From a virus (Duplodnaviria; Caudoviricetes): a DNA stretch of 64,000 nucleotides. A program made the translations under genes and the position numbers. The notes beneath the pieces were generated by a model. The model searched no databases. It was given only the letters and a program-made list of their open reading frames with translations, and was not told where the DNA came from. Positions within the stretch are counted from its first letter, which is position 1. Each line of letters begins with the position of its first letter. This document shows, piece after piece, positions 20,373 through 26,993 of this stretch. The stretch lies in IMG/VR virus record IMGVR_UViG_3300020577_012961, positions 1-64,000 of that record, one strand, 5' to 3'.

Positions 20373-20762
20373 ATGCCGCTCGCCATCAACGGCCACCGCG
20401 GGATGGCCTACCAGAACGCCGGCAACGGGCGGCTCACCTGGGTGTGGAAGAACGGCAACCCCGTCTTCGACGACGGCCTTGTCGACCGCATCATGTCCCT
20501 GCTCGTCGAGCAGGAGTGGTGGGCGGACCGCGCACGGCGGCGTCACTCCCAACTCCTTGACGTTCACGAGGACGACGAGCGCACGAAGAGCCGACTCGAG
20601 CAATATGCACTCGACGCCCTCGATTCTCTGATTGGCGAAGGCGCCGTCAGAAACGTGGCGCCAGAGGCAAGCCGAGACATCAACGGCCGCTGGTCGCTGC
20701 TCATCCGCTACTCCACCGCCGCCGGGCCGCAGAAGCCGCTCGACGTGCCAATCTCGGTGTGA
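20373..20762 (+). CDS. Baseplate protein (Mu gp46-like)
   Basis: WWAD...SQL, YALDALDSLI pattern. Confidence 0.75.
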   Translation: MPLAINGHRGMAYQNAGNGRLTWVWKNGNPVFDDGLVDRIMSLLVEQEWWADRARRRHSQLLDVHEDDERTKSRLEQYALDALDSLIGEGAVRNVAPEASRDINGRWSLLIRYSTAAGPQKPLDVPISV

Positions 20763-22255
20763 CGATGGCATTCACTCCCGATCCCATCGAGACGCTCGAG
20801 GGCAACCAGGTCGCGCGCTACCGGAACAAGTTCCCCGACAAGGGGCTCGGGACCGAGGACTTCCTCGGCAAGCTGGCCCACGCCGAGGCGGCCGGGCACT
20901 ACTCGCAGCAGCAGCGCATGCGGCGCATCTCGCTCGACTCCGTGCCGCAGAACGGCAGCCTCTACGCCGCGCTGTCGAGCTGGGCAACGGCAATCGGCCT
21001 GCCTGACGGAAGCGGCGTCGACGGCAGCTATGGGCCGCTCAAGGCGACCGTCGCAACGGGCATCGCCGCGCAGGCGCGAGGAAACGTGGGTGCCACGGTA
21101 TGGAGTGGCATCGGCGATGCGCCCGTGCTCACCGGGCCGGACGGCATCACCAAATTCGTGATGACCGCGGCTGCGTCCATCGGCGGTGGCGGCACCTGCA
21201 ACATCGCGCTCAACGCCACCACCCCGGGCACCGCCGGCAACGTCTCCGCCGGCGACATCCTGACCTTCGACTCGCCGCCGGCAAACGTGCAGTCGACGGT
21301 GTCCGTCGTCACCGGCGCCACCAACGCGATCGACCAGGAGTCCATCCAGGCCTTGCTGGCGCGCATCCTCGACCGCTGGCGCAACCCGCCCAAGGGCGGC
21401 GCCGCGGCTGACTACCGCGCCTGGTGCGAATCGCTCGCGGGCATCGTGGAGGTCTACCTCTACCCGCTCCGAAAGGGGACGGGCACCGTCGACATGGTCG
21501 TCCTGCAGGCGGGTTCCAGCGCCTACAGCACCTCCACCCGCGACCCAGGAGCGACACTCGCAGGGCTCGTCCAAGCCTTGATTGACGAGGTGCGGCCGAT
21601 CACCGTCGAAAGTGCGCTCGTGCTGCGGCCGACACTCGGCACGGGCATGACCATCCGGCTCCGCGTCACGCCCAGCGCCGCCAAATACGTGTTCGACTGG
21701 AATTCAACGGGCGGCACCTGGACCGTCGACACCGTCGTCGACACCACGCACATCAAGCTGAATACCCTCGCGGACGCAACGCTGAAGGCGGCAATCGACA
21801 ACGCGCAGAAGCCGCGAATCCAGCTTCGCCGCACCGGCTCGGTGCTGCCGGTCCAGGTCCGATGCATCGCGTGGTCCGACGGTGGTGGCAAGACCACCCT
21901 GACCCTCGAGACTGCGCTCGTTGTGTCCAACACGCCCAGCGTCGGTGACGCGGTTTATGCCGGGGGACCGGTCGTCGCCGGTGTGGCCGACGCTGTGCTG
22001 GCCTACGTCGACAGCCTAGGGCCCTCGCGTGTGAGCGGCTACGCCGACCCCAACACGATCTGGGACGACACCTGCCGTATTGACCAGCTCCGCCGCACTG
22101 CGCTAGACGCTGTTGATGCGGATGGGACGCGCCTGGTCCTGTCTTTCGTGGCAACGCCCACCATCAACGGCAGCACCAGCGACGTGCAGGCGGCAGACGC
22201 CTCGAGCAGCCCGCCAGAGCTCCTTTTCGCCAAGTGGATTTCGGTTACGGCCTGA
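20759..22255 (+). CDS. Baseplate J-like wedge protein (Mu gp47)
   Basis: PGTAGN, DQES...L.RI....RNPPKGG...DY..W, GTGTVD; start may be ATG 20765. Confidence 0.88.
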   Translation: MTMAFTPDPIETLEGNQVARYRNKFPDKGLGTEDFLGKLAHAEAAGHYSQQQRMRRISLDSVPQNGSLYAALSSWATAIGLPDGSGVDGSYGPLKATVATGIAAQARGNVGATVWSGIGDAPVLTGPDGITKFVMTAAASIGGGGTCNIALNATTPGTAGNVSAGDILTFDSPPANVQSTVSVVTGATNAIDQESIQALLARILDRWRNPPKGGAAADYRAWCESLAGIVEVYLYPLRKGTGTVDMVVLQAGSSAYSTSTRDPGATLAGLVQALIDEVRPITVESALVLRPTLGTGMTIRLRVTPSAAKYVFDWNSTGGTWTVDTVVDTTHIKLNTLADATLKAAIDNAQKPRIQLRRTGSVLPVQVRCIAWSDGGGKTTLTLETALVVSNTPSVGDAVYAGGPVVAGVADAVLAYVDSLGPSRVSGYADPNTIWDDTCRIDQLRRTALDAVDADGTRLVLSFVATPTINGSTSDVQAADASSSPPELLFAKWISVTA

Positions 22256-22257
22256 TC

Positions 22258-23262
22258 ATGAGCACCGCCAGCGAGAAGGCGAAGCTGATCGCCAACCTGC
22301 CCGGTCGCCTGGACAGGTGGACCGACCTCACACCGGGCAGCGACCCAGACAAGGTGCTGGAGGTGAGCGCACGCGGCACGGACGAGGAAGTTGTCTTGCC
22401 GCTCGAAGCTCGTGCGGCAGACGCCAACCCACTCACCGCGACGGCGACCGGCATCGGAATGTGGGAAGAGGCCTTCGGGGACAGCAACACGAGCGTCGCA
22501 CTCTACGGCGGCGTAGAACAGCGTCGAGCGCACGTGTTGACGCGCCACCGGGAGCATGGAGCATCCACCCGCGATAACATCCTCGCCTCGCTGGTGGCGA
22601 TGTGCGGCTCGACGGCAGTGACACTGCTTGAGCACCGGCGCTCGGTGCTGACGGCTGCAAACTGGTACGAACTTCCCTCCTATCCGAGCATCGCCGGGAG
22701 CGCAAACACGGACCTTTCCATCGCGTGTGCCGACAACGCACCTGCATCGCGAGCAGGCGCTCAGGTGACGGTGCGCGTCACCCATGCCAGCGTCGAAGAC
22801 TTGACCCTGACGATCATCGCCCCAGACGCGACGCAGTCGAGTCCGATGCGATTTGGTTCGGGCTCGGTCACGGCTCAAGACTTCCGCTTCTTCTGGCCCG
22901 GCGCAGCGGGGAAGAGCATTACCGGCAATTGGACCATTCGCATCACAAACGCCAACGCAACCGTGGGCACGGTCGATGATCCGGCCGGTGATGGCATCAC
23001 TGGTCTGTTCGTCGAAGGCATCGGCTTCGGTCCGTACGACGGCGAAGGGCGCGGTGCCAACATCTTCGAGTGGTGTGCACTCGTGGATGAGGCAGCGGCA
23101 GTGTCTGGCATCTATGACCGAGCTGCGGTGGCCGCCGTCATCCAGCGATGGAACCAAGTGCACGGGCGGGGGTACTTGGCGCTCAAGAACCTCAACGGGG
23201 GCGACGCTGGCGTCTGGGGCGATTCCACCAATTCCTGCTGGGACGGCTTCATCTGGGAGTGA
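22258..23262 (+). CDS. Baseplate protein (gp48/YmfQ-like) with inserted proprotein-convertase P-domain-like module
   Basis: LPG, P.TA...I.MWEE, EQRRA N-terminal motifs; VTVRVTH..VEDLTLTIIAPD...GNWTIRIT insert. Confidence 0.68.
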   Translation: MSTASEKAKLIANLPGRLDRWTDLTPGSDPDKVLEVSARGTDEEVVLPLEARAADANPLTATATGIGMWEEAFGDSNTSVALYGGVEQRRAHVLTRHREHGASTRDNILASLVAMCGSTAVTLLEHRRSVLTAANWYELPSYPSIAGSANTDLSIACADNAPASRAGAQVTVRVTHASVEDLTLTIIAPDATQSSPMRFGSGSVTAQDFRFFWPGAAGKSITGNWTIRITNANATVGTVDDPAGDGITGLFVEGIGFGPYDGEGRGANIFEWCALVDEAAAVSGIYDRAAVAAVIQRWNQVHGRGYLALKNLNGGDAGVWGDSTNSCWDGFIWE

Positions 23263-23265
23263 CCG

Positions 23266-23847
23266 ATGGCGTGGCCCTACGACACATTCCTCGAGACGAT
23301 CTCCGCAGGTGTCACGACGGCCAAGAAGACGTTTGCCGACGGCATCCAGCAGGCGATCAATCGCCTGTTCTCGGGCGCGTACCGCGTGTGGAAGCTCGAA
23401 GTGAACGCCGCGGGCGGCCCCTCCACCAATGCCGGCAGCAACGAGATCTACGCGCTCGGCAAGATCGTGACCGCCAGTGACCTCTACGCGAGGCGACTCC
23501 GTGCAACGGGAAACTCGCTCGTGGTCGGCGACTTCGATTTCCCGACCGGCAACTTCGGGGCTTCAGCGACGGTTTCCAACGTCTCGGGCAACGACACGCA
23601 CTTCCGGTTCCAGGTCAACGCCGCCGGTGCAGGCGTGGCGGCGCCTGGCTCAGTGCGCCTGACCTTCAAGGACGGCGCCTACCCGACCGCTCCGCGTGCG
23701 ATCGGTGTCCTTCGAGCCGTCGACAACAACGCCGACTTCGCCTTCGGAGTGCAGGTTGACTGCACGACCACGACGGCCGTCCTGACGTGGTGGGGGACTC
23801 CGACCGCCGGCCGCTCGTACTACTTCGACGTGTTCGTCATCGGGTGA
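23266..23847 (+). CDS. Short tail fibre / putative receptor-binding protein
   Basis: Directly after gp48-like gene where Mu-like fibres lie; beta-rich C-terminal domain with V.LTF...YPTAP motif. Confidence 0.62.
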   Translation: MAWPYDTFLETISAGVTTAKKTFADGIQQAINRLFSGAYRVWKLEVNAAGGPSTNAGSNEIYALGKIVTASDLYARRLRATGNSLVVGDFDFPTGNFGASATVSNVSGNDTHFRFQVNAAGAGVAAPGSVRLTFKDGAYPTAPRAIGVLRAVDNNADFAFGVQVDCTTTTAVLTWWGTPTAGRSYYFDVFVIG

Positions 23848-23869
23848 GAATGACGTCGAAGTAGTACGA
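23815..23869. repeat. Perfect 17-bp inverted repeat at the convergent gene junction
   Basis: tcgtactacttcgacgt (23815-23831) / acgtcgaagtagtacga (23853-23869), 21-nt loop. Confidence 0.9.
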
Positions 23870-24268
23870 CCTCGAAGAGGTGGGCTTGTTCCAGTAGGTG
23901 ATGATCGAGCCCACGCTCACGGCGTCGACCTGGACGCCGAAGCCGAAGTCCGCAGGGTCGTCGGCGGCGCGCAAGACGGCGATGCCGTGCGATGCCGGCG
24001 CATCGAGGAAGCGCGCAAGGGAAATGCGCACCGCCGCGGGGTCGCTCTGGCCGGTGCCAGCGCTGTTTACCTGGAACCGGAAGGAGGTTGCTGTGCCGGT
24101 AACGTTCGACACGGTGGCCTCGGTCCCGTAGCTGCCGTTGGGGAAGTCGAAGTCCGTGACAAGGATTGGCTCTTCCCCGCGCGGCAGCTCTTCGGGGTTT
24201 GGCGCTGTGCAGCCTGCCAAGGCAGCTGCGAGCAGATACGCGAAAAGCAGGGGAGCACGGTGCCGCAC
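23837..24268 (-). CDS. Lipoprotein whose mature domain is paralogous to the tail-fibre C-terminal domain
   Basis: GGAGG RBS then GTG at 24268; MRHRAPLLFAYLLAAALAG-C lipobox (Cys20); 55/109 identical residues to 23266..23847 in an ungapped hand alignment. Confidence 0.85.
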   Translation of the reverse strand: MRHRAPLLFAYLLAAALAGCTAPNPEELPRGEEPILVTDFDFPNGSYGTEATVSNVTGTATSFRFQVNSAGTGQSDPAAVRISLARFLDAPASHGIAVLRAADDPADFGFGVQVDAVSVGSIITYWNKPTSSRSYYFDVILTR

Positions 24269-24281
24269 GACAGCCCTCCGT

Positions 24282-24779
24282 TCACAGCACGTTGTACATC
24301 GCGCGGTCGCGTTTGGAGTCGGTGACCACCTCGATGGCTCGCACGCGATCCAACCGGAACGTGCGCTCTTCTTGGCGGAGGTGGCAGTAGCCACCGAAAA
24401 GGTCCTTGTTGTATCCCTTCTCGCCGAGTTGGTACCCGGACTGCGCTCCGCCAAGCCACTCGGGCGTGACGACGCGAGAGCTCCATTCGCCGTGGGTGTC
24501 GCAGTAGACGATTTCGATGTCCCACTCCTTGCGGATGGCCATCGAGATGGTCCGGCGCCTGGGCCGCGGGTCGAACGGCGGCCGATCCAGGTCGGGCCCG
24601 GTCTCCCCGAGCTGGCGCTCCTCGAAGGGCAGGCCGAAGAAGTCCGTCGGCTGGGCCTCCACCGGAGTGGGTGGCCCTGGCTGGTAGATGGTCCGCTGCC
24701 GCTCGACCTCGGCGTTGTGGCGGCTGATGGCGTAGCCGATCACCGCAACGACGACCACAGCGAGAAGCACCAGTTCCAC
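24282..24779 (-). CDS. WYL-domain protein with N-terminal transmembrane anchor
   Basis: IEIVYCD..G..S.R.V.P and GYCHLRQEERTFRLDRV WYL motifs; hydrophobic N-terminus; no HTH. Confidence 0.82.
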   Translation of the reverse strand: MELVLLAVVVVAVIGYAISRHNAEVERQRTIYQPGPPTPVEAQPTDFFGLPFEERQLGETGPDLDRPPFDPRPRRRTISMAIRKEWDIEIVYCDTHGEWSSRVVTPEWLGGAQSGYQLGEKGYNKDLFGGYCHLRQEERTFRLDRVRAIEVVTDSKRDRAMYNVL

Positions 24780-24818
24780 GTCCGCCTCCCCGGCCTCGGG
24801 ATGGCCGGTTCGAGCTGA

Positions 24819-24847
24819 AGCCTACCGAACCTCACGGTCGGCTGCAA
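24819..24847 (-). promoter_or_regulatory. Sigma70-like promoter for the WYL-lipoprotein operon
   Basis: TTGCAG-17 nt-TAGGCT on - strand, about 40 nt upstream of GTG 24779 (GGGGAGG RBS). Confidence 0.55.
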
Positions 24848-24989
24848 CCCGCCCCCCGAGCGGTTGCTTGCCGACTGCAACAACAGCACTCCGGCAACCG
24901 CCGCCAGCGCGCCCGGCGTTCCCTCGGCAACGAGGGATCGGGGCGTCAGGCCGCTGGCGGCGGCCGCCGCTATCTCCGACGAGGAACCC

Positions 24990-25565
24990 ATGTTCAACGA
25001 CCTCTCCGATGGTGGAATCGTCCTCGTCGCCCAGTACAGCGGCGACATCCCGATCAGCTTCCTCGGCATCGGCGCCAACGGCCAGCCCGGCAAGGCGGGG
25101 CTTGTGCGCAACCTGTCGTCGGCGAACTGGATCGCCTCGGACTGGTTCTTCGTCGGCGCGTCGGCCAAGGTTGCTCTGACCGTCTCGGGCGCCATCGGAA
25201 CCGGCGTGAAGATCCGCATGGAGGGGCGCCGCCGCGACACCGTGAACGACGCGGACGGCCCCCCGATCGTCCCGCTCTTCCGGCCCTTCCTCATCGACAC
25301 CACGCGAACCGACAGCCCCGCCACCGCGGCCGCGAAGGAGCAGACCATCCTGGCGGCCGACTTCCGGAACGGCCTGGGCACCGGCACCGACCAGGTGAGC
25401 GACTGGAACGGCACGGCCGCCGGCGCGGCCGCCGCTTCCGAGGCGCTTGACGTGCGGCTGCTGAGCTCGGATGCGCTCATGTCGGGCTGGGCTCGCGTGC
25501 TGCTCATCAGCACGGCCGGCCCGACGACCGGAGACAAGATCATCGTCTCGGTCAATCGCGGGTAA
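24990..25565 (+). CDS. Hypothetical beta-rich structural protein
   Basis: GAGGA RBS, ATG 24990, strong codon bias. Confidence 0.6.
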   Translation: MFNDLSDGGIVLVAQYSGDIPISFLGIGANGQPGKAGLVRNLSSANWIASDWFFVGASAKVALTVSGAIGTGVKIRMEGRRRDTVNDADGPPIVPLFRPFLIDTTRTDSPATAAAKEQTILAADFRNGLGTGTDQVSDWNGTAAGAAAASEALDVRLLSSDALMSGWARVLLISTAGPTTGDKIIVSVNRG

Positions 25566-25635
25566 CTCCGCTAGTCACTTCTCACCGGTCACTTCCAGAC
25601 AGTCCAGCGCCCCGTCACGGGGCGGAGGCACCCCC

Positions 25636-26016
25636 ATGTCTACGCCTGTGCTGCTCCCCGACAGCCGAGCGCGCAACGACCGCACCATCGAGGTCCGCGG
25701 CGCCGATCGCGTGGTCCCCTTCTACTGCGCGAGCTGCGGCGTCGAGATGGGCAAGGCGCCCGCGTCCGACGTCATCGCCTGCGTCACCTTCCTCTGCGAG
25801 GCGCAGCAGAACGGGTGCGCGGAGAAGTTCGGCAGTGTGATCGGTCTCAAGAAGGCTGTCACTCCGACGGAGGCGAAGTTCCAGATCTACGCCCAGGCGC
25901 AGCTTGAGTGCTTCGGCCACTACCTCACCGTCGACGAAATCACGGTGGTCCTGGCGGACGTCGATCACCGATTCACCAAATTGACCCGGGAGCTGTTCCC
26001 GGAATTGGGGCTCTAG
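25636..26016 (+). CDS. Cys-containing hypothetical protein (possible Zn-binding)
   Basis: GGAGG RBS; CASC and C......C motifs. Confidence 0.6.
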   Translation: MSTPVLLPDSRARNDRTIEVRGADRVVPFYCASCGVEMGKAPASDVIACVTFLCEAQQNGCAEKFGSVIGLKKAVTPTEAKFQIYAQAQLECFGHYLTVDEITVVLADVDHRFTKLTRELFPELGL

Positions 26017-26064
26017 GAGCCCGCGAACGCACTGCGCCCAGGGGGGCGCAAGGAGACAAGAACC

Positions 26065-26562
26065 ATGGCGTGCTACTACACCGCTCCGGGGGCGCTGTTC
26101 ACCACCTCGTCGACGCCCAACACCGCGCTCCTGGCGACGGCGCTGAAGGCTGGCGCGACCCGCGCCATCGCCGTGCGGCAGGCGATCGGCTCCGGCCGTG
26201 ACACGGCCCGCACCAACCTGAACGCGATCCAGTACGAGCTCATCAAGTGGACGAGCACCGCGACGGCGGTCAACACCGGTGCGACCGTCACCCTCGGGCC
26301 GACGGACCCCGGCTTCCAGGCGGCGAAGGGCACCTTCTTCACCTGCACCGGCCAGGGCGGCACCTCGCTCACCACCGGCACCGGCGGCCCGGTGATCCAC
26401 GGCACCTGGACCTCTTCGCTCACCTCGACGCAGCCGTGGGTCGAGTACAACCAGGACGCCTATCCCACGATCGAAGGCGGCGCGACGATGTCGATCGACA
26501 CGCGCATGTCGTCCCCGATCGCCTCGGCGCTCTGCTCCTCGCAGCTGAGCGTCGTCGAGTAG
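26065..26562 (+). CDS. Putative abundant structural/fibre subunit
   Basis: AAGGAG RBS, Thr/Gly-rich beta protein, strong codon bias, hairpin downstream (about 26573-26604). Confidence 0.55.
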   Translation: MACYYTAPGALFTTSSTPNTALLATALKAGATRAIAVRQAIGSGRDTARTNLNAIQYELIKWTSTATAVNTGATVTLGPTDPGFQAAKGTFFTCTGQGGTSLTTGTGGPVIHGTWTSSLTSTQPWVEYNQDAYPTIEGGATMSIDTRMSSPIASALCSSQLSVVE

Positions 26563-26618
26563 TTCCACCTCCGCGGGGCGCTGCCGGTCACTGGGGCGCC
26601 CCGCAATGAGGCTTCGCC

Positions 26619-26993
26619 ATGCTCTTTCTCGCGGGGCTCAGCAAGGCGTTCGGCACGGACGCGACCGACTGGCTCGCCAAGCAGCCGGACGACAAGACCG
26701 CGTGGGCCGCCTGCCCCGATCCGCGGTGGATGCTGTGGGCCGCGCAGAAGGCGGGCGTGGACCGCGCGCTCATCCTGCAGACGCTGACCCAGATCGTGGG
26801 CGTGCCGACCGCGAAGGAGCTGGCGGTGAAGGCCAACCCCGAGCTGGGCGCCGCGGCCATCGTGGCGCACCTGGCGTGCTGCGACGGCAAGCGGCCGGCG
26901 GACATGGAGACCGCCATGGCCGTGGCGGCGGACCTGGTGCGCGCCAACATCCCCTACGCGACGCTCGCGGCTGCGGTCCTGGCGGCCAAGTAG
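26619..26993 (+). CDS. Hypothetical helical protein
   Basis: AWAACPDPRWMLW motif; good codon bias. Confidence 0.55.
   Translation: MLFLAGLSKAFGTDATDWLAKQPDDKTAWAACPDPRWMLWAAQKAGVDRALILQTLTQIVGVPTAKELAVKANPELGAAAIVAHLACCDGKRPADMETAMAVAADLVRANIPYATLAAAVLAAK

Noticed and set aside
12041-23262. Stand-alone contractile injection system or tailocin
   Set aside because: Linked terminase, portal, capsid and integrase show a complete phage
23521-24165. Diversity-generating retroelement TR/VR pair
   Set aside because: Copies are inverted, both are coding, differences are not adenine-specific, and no reverse transcriptase is in the window
23266-24779. Mu Gin-type invertible G segment
   Set aside because: No serine invertase or gix-like crossover sites seen; the second copy has its own RBS and lipoprotein signal rather than being a silent cassette
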